Source: Candidatus Poriferisocius sp.
GTDB lineage: Bacteria; Actinomycetota; Acidimicrobiia; Acidimicrobiales; Bin134
DNA length: 64,000 nucleotides
Assembly (NCBI RefSeq): GCF_965214065.1
Contig: NZ_CBDCAT010000027.1
Span: forward strand, 311,968-375,967
Direction of reading: 5' to 3'
How positions within the stretch are numbered: position 1 is the first letter of the stretch; each line of letters begins with the position of its first letter. Below, piece after piece: positions 44,747 to 53,112 of this stretch. A model generated the notes under the pieces. It was not told where the DNA came from. It was given only the letters and a program-made list of their open reading frames with translations, and ran no database searches. The position numbers and the translations under genes were made by a program.

Positions 44747-46030
44747 TTACTGTGCAGCCTCGCTCCGGGTATCGCAAGCGGCTCGCCATTGGGGGTAGCG
44801 GCGGTTGCCGGCTTCGGCCCAATCGGCCCGGGGCTCCACCCGGCGGCTTGTGCGGGCCCAGCGGCGGGCTTCGGCCAGATCGCCCGACTCCAGACCGGCG
44901 CTGACGCGGGCCATCCAGGCCGCTCCCTTCGCCGCGCCCTCGGGTACCGCGGTGACGTCCACGGGCAGATTGGTGGTGTCGGCCAGGGCCTGCATCCAGC
45001 GCTCGACGTGGGTGCCCCCGCCTGCCGCGACGATGCGCTCCGGGGTTGCGTCGGCCACATCGAGATGGTGGCGGACGACGAATCCGGCGGCCTCGTAGGC
45101 AGCGGCCAGCACATCGGCGGGACCGTGGCCCACATCGAGGCCGACCAGTGCGGCCCGTAGGTCGGGATCGTGGCGGGGGGTGCGCTCGCCCCGAATGTAG
45201 GGCACCCACAGCGGCAGGCGGTCGGGGTGGGACGGATCGTCGGCCGGGTCGCCGGTGATCGCCCGGACCCGCTCCAAGAACAGGCCTCCGGCGTTGCTCG
45301 GCCCGCCTATGGCGGACAGGCCGGGCTGGAGGTGGGGAATGGTCCACAACCCATCGGCTTCAGGCCATCCCTCGCACACCGCCCAAGTGATGAGGGTGGT
45401 TCCGCAGATCACCAGCACGTCGCCCGGCGTGTCGGCCCCGGAGACGAGCTGCTCGGCCAGCGCGTCGACTGTTCCGGCGGCCACCGGGGCATCGCCCCGG
45501 TGCCCGACAGGGGTGGAGTCCATGGCCAGTTCGGGGAGTTTGGCGGGGTCGCACCATTGGGCGTCCCAGCCGTCGGCGCCGAAGACGGGCAGGCAGGTCA
45601 TGGCGGTGATCGCGTCGATGGCGGCGGCACCGCAGAGCGCGGCGCTAGCTACCGCCTGGGCGGGCCAATAGGCATGGGCGTCGGGCACGGCCTGCTCCAG
45701 TGAGCGCAAGAATCCGACGAACTCGCCGTCGGGGTGGTGGCCCCGATGGTCGCCGTACAGGATTCCCGGCGAGATAGGCACCCCGTCGCCATCGACCGCA
45801 GCCAGCGACGGAACCATGGCGGCCAGTCCGATGCCCACCACTGGGTGCTCGGCAGAAACGGCGTCACAGGCCCCGACCACGCTGGCATTCCACACTTCGG
45901 CGGCATCGTGCTCCAGCACCGCTGGAGAGGGGGCGTTCACGGCGTGGGGGATGCGGGTGCGGGCCCGCACGTCGCCGTCGGCGTCAACCGCCACCGCCTT
46001 CACCGAGGTCGTGCCGATGTCGATGCCCAT
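44747..46030 (-). CDS. FGGY-family carbohydrate kinase
   Basis: MGIDIGTTSVKAVAVD (phosphate-1 motif), and the rest is colinear with sugar kinases. The start is ATG at 46030 or ATG at 46075. The tracked 683-aa ORF is an over-extension into the divergent gene. Confidence 0.8.
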   Translation of the reverse strand: MGIDIGTTSVKAVAVDADGDVRARTRIPHAVNAPSPAVLEHDAAEVWNASVVGACDAVSAEHPVVGIGLAAMVPSLAAVDGDGVPISPGILYGDHRGHHPDGEFVGFLRSLEQAVPDAHAYWPAQAVASAALCGAAAIDAITAMTCLPVFGADGWDAQWCDPAKLPELAMDSTPVGHRGDAPVAAGTVDALAEQLVSGADTPGDVLVICGTTLITWAVCEGWPEADGLWTIPHLQPGLSAIGGPSNAGGLFLERVRAITGDPADDPSHPDRLPLWVPYIRGERTPRHDPDLRAALVGLDVGHGPADVLAAAYEAAGFVVRHHLDVADATPERIVAAGGGTHVERWMQALADTTNLPVDVTAVPEGAAKGAAWMARVSAGLESGDLAEARRWARTSRRVEPRADWAEAGNRRYPQWRAACDTRSEAAQ

Positions 46031-46078
46031 CGTCACCTCGAATGTCTCAGCCACAGCTATCAACCCTACGCTCATGGC

Positions 46079-47050
46079 GTGGGCAGACTTAGGGCACTGG
46101 TTACCGCTCCGCTGCGGGGGACGGGTTTGGACCGGTTGCGGGAGGTGGCCGACGTGGAGTTCGACCCGTGGATCGAGCACCAGCCCATCCGTCTGTACAG
46201 TGCCGATGACTTGGCCGACCGGTTGGCGGAGGCATCGGCCGACCTGTTGGTATGCGAGGCCGATGAGTGCCGGGGGCCGGTGTTCGAACAGCCGATACGG
46301 GTTGTGGCCTCGACCAGGGGAGATCCGACCAACGTGGATGTGGCCGGGGCCACCGCGGCGGGCATCCCGGTGCTGCATGCCCCGGGGCGCAACGCCGACG
46401 CGGTAGCGGAAATGACGGTGGCTCTCCTGTTTGCCGTCAGCCGCCACGTGATCCTGGGAGATCGGGACATGCGGGCGGGCACGGTTTTCACCGACACCCT
46501 CCCCTATCAGCGATATCGGGCGTGGCAGATGGCCGGTCGCACTGTGGGGCTGGTGGGGCTGGGCGCAGTGGGGCGGGCAGCCAAATGGCGCTTCGAGGGA
46601 CTGGGGATGAAGGTGATGGCCTGCGACCCCTTCCAGCCCGACGCCGACTGCGAACTGGACGAGTTGCTGGCCTCCGCTGATGTGGTGTCGATGCACGCCC
46701 CGGTCAATCCGGAGACCACAGGGATGATCGGCGCCCAACAGTTTGCGGCCATGCGGCCGGGGGCCACCTACGTGAACACCGCCCGGGCCGCGTTGCACGA
46801 CGCAGACGCGCTGGTGGAGGCGTTGGCGTCAGGGCACTTGGGGGGCGCAGGCCTCGACCACGTGCAGGGAGAGATCCTCCCGGCGGACCATCCGCTGGCC
46901 AATCTCGACAACGTGGTGCTGACGCCGCACATCGGCGGGGCCACCTACGACACCGAAGTGAATCACACCGACATGGTGGTGCAGGACATCTGCCGGCTCT
47001 TGGCCGGCGAGCGGCCCCACCGCCTGGCCAACCCGGAGGTATGGCAATGA
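46079..47050 (+). CDS. D-isomer-specific 2-hydroxyacid dehydrogenase (NAD-binding)
   Basis: GRTVGLVGLGAVGRAAK Rossmann motif and VVLTPHIGGAT catalytic His region. I inferred the GTG start at 46079. The tracked ORF start at 45734 overlaps the kinase. Confidence 0.85.
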   Translation: MGRLRALVTAPLRGTGLDRLREVADVEFDPWIEHQPIRLYSADDLADRLAEASADLLVCEADECRGPVFEQPIRVVASTRGDPTNVDVAGATAAGIPVLHAPGRNADAVAEMTVALLFAVSRHVILGDRDMRAGTVFTDTLPYQRYRAWQMAGRTVGLVGLGAVGRAAKWRFEGLGMKVMACDPFQPDADCELDELLASADVVSMHAPVNPETTGMIGAQQFAAMRPGATYVNTARAALHDADALVEALASGHLGGAGLDHVQGEILPADHPLANLDNVVLTPHIGGATYDTEVNHTDMVVQDICRLLAGERPHRLANPEVWQ

Positions 47051-47706
47051 CCGACAGCGGCGACGTTCGAACCCAGGTAGTGGCCGCGGCCAAGGCCATG
47101 GACGCCGCCGGGCTGGTGGTGGGCACCGCGGGGAACGTCTCGGGGCGAGAGGCCGACGGCACGATCTGGCTGACCCCGTCGGCGCTGCCGTATGGCCAGA
47201 TGGGCATCGAAAACCTGGCCGCAGTGGACTTGGACGGGAACCTGCTGGAGGACACGGCTCGGCCGTCCACCGAAAAGGCCATGCACCTGGCCTGCTACCG
47301 GGCCTTCCCCGAGGTGGGCGGGGTGGTGCACTGCCACCCGATACACGCCTCGATGTTCGCGGTGGCCCATAAGAGCATCCCCGCGGTGATTGAGGAGGTC
47401 ATCGTGTACCTGGGCGGGGACGTGCGGGTAACCGATTACCGCCCTACCGGCACCGACGAGCTGGGTGAAGAGGTGGTGCGTCATCTGGGTGATCGATCGG
47501 CGGTGCTGATGGCCAACCACGGGATGCTGTGCATCGGCGAGTCGCCCGACCACGCCCTGCACGCCGCCCTGGTGGCCGAGCACACTGCCCGCATCGTGTG
47601 GGGCGCCAGCCGCCTCGGCGACCCCGTAGACCTCCCAGAAAGAGCCCTTTCCGATTTCACCGGCGCCTATACCTACCTCCGCCGCGAAACCTGGGCGGCG
47701 CCTTAG
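47041..47706 (+). CDS. class II aldolase/adducin-domain protein (fuculose-phosphate-aldolase-like)
   Basis: GTAGNVSGRE and VVHCHPIHAS motifs. Overlaps the dehydrogenase stop. An alternative ATG at 47047 would give an ATGA overlap. Confidence 0.88.
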   Translation: MAMTDSGDVRTQVVAAAKAMDAAGLVVGTAGNVSGREADGTIWLTPSALPYGQMGIENLAAVDLDGNLLEDTARPSTEKAMHLACYRAFPEVGGVVHCHPIHASMFAVAHKSIPAVIEEVIVYLGGDVRVTDYRPTGTDELGEEVVRHLGDRSAVLMANHGMLCIGESPDHALHAALVAEHTARIVWGASRLGDPVDLPERALSDFTGAYTYLRRETWAAP

Positions 47707-47709
47707 CGG

Positions 47710-48285
47710 TTAGACGCCAGCGAGTTCCAGTGGAGCGATTTCTTCGAGAGAGATAGGGCGGTCGGCGACGCCTTCGAAGGCGTCGCTGCCGGAGTAGACC
47801 TCTTCGCCCCGCAGGCGGGCTTCGGGATCGTCGATGTCGACGGGCCAGACGATGCCCATGCGGGCTTGGGCCACGTAGTAGGAGTCGGCGTCGGGCACGT
47901 CGATGCCCATGGCCTCCAGGGTGCGGCCGGGGTAGGCCATGCGCATGACCCCCTCGGTGAATACCGCGTCGTCGTCGGCGATGACCCGGTCGCAGTCGAA
48001 CTCGAGGCGGTGCGCGCCGGTCTGTACGATGCTGCGGTCGTAGAAGCCTCGGATGGCGTCGCGGGAGCCGCCGGGGCTGGCGACAGGGTCGTCGGGGTTC
48101 GACCAGATGATGTACTGCGGCTTCTCGCTGAGGGTGGCCACCACCCCCTCGATGTCGGCCTGGGCCTCGCACTTCATGTGGGCCAGCACCAGCTCCAGCA
48201 CATGGCGCCGCCGGGGATTGGTCTCGGCCTCCAGCCGCTCGGCCACCAGTCGCCACGTCTTGTTGGGATTCATCTGCATCGGCAT
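47710..48285 (-). CDS. hypothetical protein, probable NTF2-like fold (paralog A)
   Basis: 191 aa. 135/191 identical, without gaps, to the gene at 48322-48897 (manual count). The fold assignment is tentative. Confidence 0.6.
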   Translation of the reverse strand: MPMQMNPNKTWRLVAERLEAETNPRRRHVLELVLAHMKCEAQADIEGVVATLSEKPQYIIWSNPDDPVASPGGSRDAIRGFYDRSIVQTGAHRLEFDCDRVIADDDAVFTEGVMRMAYPGRTLEAMGIDVPDADSYYVAQARMGIVWPVDIDDPEARLRGEEVYSGSDAFEGVADRPISLEEIAPLELAGV

Positions 48286-48321
48286 CGCCTTTCGCTCTGG
48301 CTTCGACGGAGAGACTACCGG

Positions 48322-48897
48322 TCAAGAGTTGAGAGGCTCCAAGGGAGCGATCTCATCGAGGCTGATGGGGCGGTCGGCGATGCCTTCGAAGCGGTCGCCC
48401 TCGGAGTACACCTCTTCGCCTGACAGGCGTGCTTCGGGATCGTCGAGATCAATCGGCCACACAATCCCCATGCGGACTTCGGACAGATAGAAGGACTCGA
48501 CGTCAGGCACATCGATGCCCATGGCGTCGAGGGTGCGGCCGGGGTAGGCCATGCGCATGACCCCCTCGGTGAACACGGCGTGGTCGTCCACGATCACCCG
48601 GTCGAGATCGAGTTCCCAGCGGTGGGCGCCGGTCTGCACCAGGGATCGGTCGTAGAGGTCGCGGATGGCGTCTCGGGAGCCGCCGGGTTTGCGGATGGGG
48701 TTGTCGCCACTCGGCCACATGACGTAATGGGGCTTCTCACTTAGGGTGTCGATGACCCCTTCGATATCGAGCCGCAGCTCTCGCTGCATATGATCGAGTA
48801 CTAGCTGCAAGATGTGGCGGCGCCGGGGATCGTTCTCGGCCTCCAGCCGCTCGGCCACCAGCCGCCACGAACTATCGGGATTGATCTTCATCGACAC
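48322..48897 (-). CDS. hypothetical protein, probable NTF2-like fold (paralog B)
   Basis: 191 aa. Tandem duplicate of 47710-48285 with a 36-nt spacer. Confidence 0.6.
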   Translation of the reverse strand: MSMKINPDSSWRLVAERLEAENDPRRRHILQLVLDHMQRELRLDIEGVIDTLSEKPHYVMWPSGDNPIRKPGGSRDAIRDLYDRSLVQTGAHRWELDLDRVIVDDHAVFTEGVMRMAYPGRTLDAMGIDVPDVESFYLSEVRMGIVWPIDLDDPEARLSGEEVYSEGDRFEGIADRPISLDEIAPLEPLNS

Positions 48898-48961
48898 CCT
48901 CCTTGCTTCGGCCCCGACGATAGGGGCTGGATGGCGACAGCGTCACTAGTGTCGCTGGACG

Positions 48962-50110
48962 ATGAGCGATCGGGACTTTGCGGGGCAAACGGCCATCGTC
49001 GGCATTGGCAGCAGCGACTTCGCCCAGCTGTACCGGACGCCTGATCCGGAGCGGACCGGTGAGGGGCTGGCCGCTGAGGCCATTGCGGCCGCCATTGCCG
49101 ACGCGGGGCTGGAGAAGTCGCAGATCGACGGGCTGATCACCGGGGGGCTGGCCCACTACGAGCCGGTGGCCTATCGCACCGGGCTCACCGACGTGCGCTT
49201 CGTGGTGGACTACCCCCAAGCGGGGCGCATGTGTGCAATGGCACTGATGCACGCGGCCACCGCGGTACACCATGGGCTGGCCGACTACGTGGTGCTGTTC
49301 AACTCGGTGGCGTTCCGCACCCAGGGCACCAGGTTTGGGGCCCAGCCTCAGGGGCTGCTGTACGACACAATTTACGGGATGGCCTCGCCGGGGGCGCAGT
49401 ACTCGATGGGGTTTACCCGCTACCAGGCCGAATACGGGGGGACCGAGGAGCAGCTGGGGGCCATCCCGGTGGCCATCCGCTCCCACGCCCGGATGACTCC
49501 TGGGGCCATCATGCAACAAGAGATGACCATCGACGACTACCTGGCCGCCCGGTACATTGCCGAGCCTCTGCGGCTGTTCGACTACTGCCTGGTGAACGAC
49601 GGGGCGGTGGCCTACGTGGTGACCACCGCCGAGCGGGCCCGGGATCTAGCCCATCCCCCCGTGCTGATCGCCGGCGCTGCGGGGCGGGCCAACTTCCGGG
49701 AGTGGTACGTGGACCTGGGCTTTTGGGACGAGGCCTGCCGATCGATGAAGGCCGACCTGTTCGACCCGCTCGGGGTGACCACCGAAGACATCGACTGCCT
49801 TCAGGTATACGACAACTTCAGCGTGTCGGTGCTGTGGGGCCTAGAGGGGTTTGGGTTCGTGCCAAAGGGCCAAGGGTTGGAGTGGGTGCAGAACGGTCGC
49901 ATCGCTTTGGGCGGGGAGCTTCCGGTGAACACCAGTGGGGGGATGCTGAGCGAGTCGTACCTCCAGGGGTGGAACCAGCACGCCGAGGCGGTGCGCCAAC
50001 TGCGGGGCCAGGCCGGGCAGCGCCAGATCCTCGACTGCGACTGGTCGCTGTACTGGTGCCTGTCAGCTCTGCCGGGGGCGTCGCTTTTGTGCCGGGACGG
50101 GGTGCTGTGA
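48962..50110 (+). CDS. thiolase-fold protein (SCP-x / Ltp-type, non-condensing)
   Basis: 382 aa. AIVGIGSSDF... N-terminus and C-terminal NTSGGMLSESYLQGWN. Followed by a DUF35 partner, as is usual for Ltp-type thiolases and aldol-lyases. Confidence 0.82.
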   Translation: MSDRDFAGQTAIVGIGSSDFAQLYRTPDPERTGEGLAAEAIAAAIADAGLEKSQIDGLITGGLAHYEPVAYRTGLTDVRFVVDYPQAGRMCAMALMHAATAVHHGLADYVVLFNSVAFRTQGTRFGAQPQGLLYDTIYGMASPGAQYSMGFTRYQAEYGGTEEQLGAIPVAIRSHARMTPGAIMQQEMTIDDYLAARYIAEPLRLFDYCLVNDGAVAYVVTTAERARDLAHPPVLIAGAAGRANFREWYVDLGFWDEACRSMKADLFDPLGVTTEDIDCLQVYDNFSVSVLWGLEGFGFVPKGQGLEWVQNGRIALGGELPVNTSGGMLSESYLQGWNQHAEAVRQLRGQAGQRQILDCDWSLYWCLSALPGASLLCRDGVL

Positions 50111-50523
50111 GCAGCGAAGCGGGGTACGCCAAGCCGCTGCCCACGGTTACCCACGAGGACCGGGAGTTCTGGGCCGCGGCCCGCGAGCACCGCTTCGTGC
50201 TGCCCCAGTGCCGGGCTTGCGGGCACGTGTGGTTCCCGCCCTATGCCTCCTGCCCGTCGTGTCTGTCGTTCGACCGGGGGTGGACCGAGGCATCGGGGAG
50301 GGGCACGGTGTGGGGCTTCACGATCATGAGACAGCCTTACATCGGTTCGTTCGAGCCGGAACTGCCCTACAACGTGGTGCTGGTGGAGCTGGAGGAGGGG
50401 CCGATGGTGTACTCCAACCTCATCGCCATAGACAACGCCGATATCGCCTGCGGCTTGCCTGTGGAAGCAGTGTTCGAGGACGCCACCGACGAGATCACCC
50501 TCATCAAGTTCCGCCCCGTTTGA
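50107..50523 (+). CDS. DUF35 OB-fold / zinc-ribbon protein (thiolase partner)
   Basis: CRACGHVWFPPYASCPSCLS rubredoxin-like ribbon, then an OB fold. The GTG at 50107 overlaps the thiolase stop (GTGA). Confidence 0.82.
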   Translation: MSSEAGYAKPLPTVTHEDREFWAAAREHRFVLPQCRACGHVWFPPYASCPSCLSFDRGWTEASGRGTVWGFTIMRQPYIGSFEPELPYNVVLVELEEGPMVYSNLIAIDNADIACGLPVEAVFEDATDEITLIKFRPV

Positions 50524-50555
50524 GGGGGCTCGGTGGACGGGCTAGGGCGGATCGG

Positions 50556-51326
50556 CTAGATGGCGGTCATTCCGTGGGAGTGACCGGCGGTGTAGCCGCC
50601 GTCAACGGGGAGGGCGACGCCGGTTACGAATGAGGAGTCGTCGGAGGCCAAAAAGAAGGCCGCTCCGGCGATCTCGGAGGGGAGGCCCCAGCGCTTGAGC
50701 TTGTGCTGGTCGCGGATGCTGTCGGCGATGGGCCCCAGATGGGGGATGACCGACTGGAACATGGGGGTGTCGATGAAGCCAGGGCAGATGGCATTGGCCC
50801 TGATGTTGGCCGGGCCGTAGTCGTTGGCCATGTTCTTGGTGAGCAGGATCACCCCGCCCTTGGAGGCGTTGTAGGTGCTGCCCCCCTCACAGCCTTCTAG
50901 CCCCTCGACGCTGGCGACAGTGATGATGCTCCCGGATCGGGCCTCGACCATCGGCTTGAGGGCGGCCCGGCACGACAGCATGGTGCCCTTGAGGTTGATG
51001 TCCTGCACCCGGTCCCACTCCTCGACATCGAGTTCGTGAACCTGGCCGCCGCCGGCGACTCCGGCCGCGGTCATCAGCACGTCTAGCCGGCCATGCTCTT
51101 GGACGATCTGGCCGACCAGCTCTTCTTGGGCGTCGGCGTCGCGGACGTCGACAAGGTGGAAGCTCGACGCCGGAGCAGTCTCGGCCACTGCCTTCCAACC
51201 ATCGCTCTCCGCGATGTCGGAGCCGATCACCACGGCCCCCTCCTCGGCGAAACGCTCCGCGGAGGCCAGGCCGATGCCCGAAGCCGCCCCGGTGATCCAC
51301 GCCACCCTGCCTGTAAGTCGTCCCAT
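50556..51326 (-). CDS. short-chain dehydrogenase/reductase (SDR)
   Basis: TGAASGIGLA (TGxxxGxG) and catalytic YNASKGG. The start was trimmed to the ATG at 51326. Confidence 0.92.
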   Translation of the reverse strand: MGRLTGRVAWITGAASGIGLASAERFAEEGAVVIGSDIAESDGWKAVAETAPASSFHLVDVRDADAQEELVGQIVQEHGRLDVLMTAAGVAGGGQVHELDVEEWDRVQDINLKGTMLSCRAALKPMVEARSGSIITVASVEGLEGCEGGSTYNASKGGVILLTKNMANDYGPANIRANAICPGFIDTPMFQSVIPHLGPIADSIRDQHKLKRWGLPSEIAGAAFFLASDDSSFVTGVALPVDGGYTAGHSHGMTAI

Positions 51327-51384
51327 CTGCGGTGCCTCGCTCTCTTTTGTGGGTCGGGAAAATCGTAGGCTCGCCGCTGCGTCC

Positions 51385-53076
51385 TCAGGCAGTCCGGGGA
51401 CCAATCAACGCGCCGGGAAGCGCATCGGTCGGCGCGCCGTGCCAGTAAGTGGGGACGCCGTTGGCGATGGTGGCTCGAAATCCGCCCGGCTCCCGACTGA
51501 ACCGCCACGACCCGCCGGGCACGTCCTGTCGCTTGACCTCTGGCCCCAAGTCGATCTCGTCCAGGTTGAACACAGCCAGATCGGCGGCCTTGCCGGGGGC
51601 GATCACTCCCCTATCGGCCAGCCCGAAGAAGCCTGCGGTCCGCCCGGTGAGAACGTGGACTGCCTCTTCGAGGGTCAAAAGGCCGGTGTCGCGGTGATAG
51701 TGGGTGAGTAGGTGAGTGCTCTGGCCGGCCCCGCAGAACAACTGAAGGTGGGCGCCGCTGTCATTGACGTTGGTGAGGGTGTGGGGCGAGCGGATCGCCT
51801 CGGCCAGGGCGGGCTCGTCGTGGACGTCGGGCAGCGCCCGCAGCGACGAGCCGATGCCGTTGTCGAGCAGCCAGGAAGCCAGTGCGTCGGAGACGTGCTG
51901 GCCGGTGTTGGCCGCGTGGTCGGCCAGCGAGATCCCCATGGGGCCGACGCCGGTCTCAGACAGGGCAAAGATCAGCGTGTGGGGGTGGTCGACTCGGGCC
52001 CGGCGGGACTTCTTGCGGTTATCCCAGTCGGAGCGGGCCTGATCTCGCCACGCGGGATCGGCCAGCAGGGCCATCTTGTTCTCGGGAGGACCGTTGACCA
52101 GGTCATTCCAGGCCGGAACCCGCTGAAAGGTCAGCGCCTTCTCAAAGTTGAAGTAGAGGTCGAGCGGACGGGTGCCCACCGTGGGCCAGAAGTCCACCCC
52201 GGATTCCCGGAGGCGGCGGTCGAAGGCCAGCGTATCGGCCCGATACTCGGTCTCAGCGGCGATGGCGGGGATGGCCGTCCACTGCCCTCGCACGCCCCGA
52301 GGCTTGGCCAGGGTGGCGAAGCGCTCCACGTCGGCCAAGTTGTGCTCGGGCTCGTTGAACCGGGTGATGGCCTGGAAAGTGGCGCCGGGATGGGCGGCCA
52401 ACACGTCGAACAGTGCGGCGTACTCTTCATCGTCGGCGTGGCGGCTGGGCACCAATCGCAGGGTGCGGTCCATGTCGAAGCCGTTGGTGGACAACCCCAG
52501 GGCGCCGGAGGCCAGGGCCTCGTCCAGCGCTTTGGCCATGGCGGTGCGCTCGGCGGAGGTGGCGGGACGGTCCCAGGCGGCGTCGCCCATGACGAAGGTG
52601 CGAAGGCTGATGTGGCCGACATAGCCGGCGATGTTGGCCGCGGTGGGCTGGGTGTCGAGCGCGGCCCGGTATTCCGGCCAGCTCGCCCAAGTCCAGGGCA
52701 CTTCTTTTTCGAAGGCAACCTGGGGCAGGTCTTCCAGGAAGCAGAACAGATCCACCACTTCGTCGCGCTGAGGTCCGTCGAGGGGAGCCATCGACATCCC
52801 GCAGTTCCCGAACACGGTGGTGGTTACCCCGTAGCTGGGCAGCGGATCAAAGGAGGGGTCCCACCACATGGCCCCGTCGAGGTGGGTGTGGGTCTCGATG
52901 ATGCCGGGGGCAACCAGCGCCCCGGCGGCGTCAAGCTCCCGCTCGCCGTCGGAAGCCAAGCCGGTACCCACCTCGGCGATGGTCCGGCCCCGCACCCGAA
53001 CATCAGCCCGTCGGGCCGGCGCACCAGTGCCGTCCACCACCGTTCCGCCGCGTATCAGCAAGCCGCTCATCTTCAT
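51385..53076 (-). CDS. amidohydrolase (N-acyl-D-amino-acid deacylase / D-aminoacylase family)
   Basis: 563 aa. LLIRGGTVVDGTG...APGIIETHTHLDG gives the HxH metal motif and family-typical N-terminus. Confidence 0.85.
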   Translation of the reverse strand: MKMSGLLIRGGTVVDGTGAPARRADVRVRGRTIAEVGTGLASDGERELDAAGALVAPGIIETHTHLDGAMWWDPSFDPLPSYGVTTTVFGNCGMSMAPLDGPQRDEVVDLFCFLEDLPQVAFEKEVPWTWASWPEYRAALDTQPTAANIAGYVGHISLRTFVMGDAAWDRPATSAERTAMAKALDEALASGALGLSTNGFDMDRTLRLVPSRHADDEEYAALFDVLAAHPGATFQAITRFNEPEHNLADVERFATLAKPRGVRGQWTAIPAIAAETEYRADTLAFDRRLRESGVDFWPTVGTRPLDLYFNFEKALTFQRVPAWNDLVNGPPENKMALLADPAWRDQARSDWDNRKKSRRARVDHPHTLIFALSETGVGPMGISLADHAANTGQHVSDALASWLLDNGIGSSLRALPDVHDEPALAEAIRSPHTLTNVNDSGAHLQLFCGAGQSTHLLTHYHRDTGLLTLEEAVHVLTGRTAGFFGLADRGVIAPGKAADLAVFNLDEIDLGPEVKRQDVPGGSWRFSREPGGFRATIANGVPTYWHGAPTDALPGALIGPRTA

Positions 53077-53112
53077 GACAGTACCGCTGTGCTTCGACTC
53101 GGGCCGGTGGGG

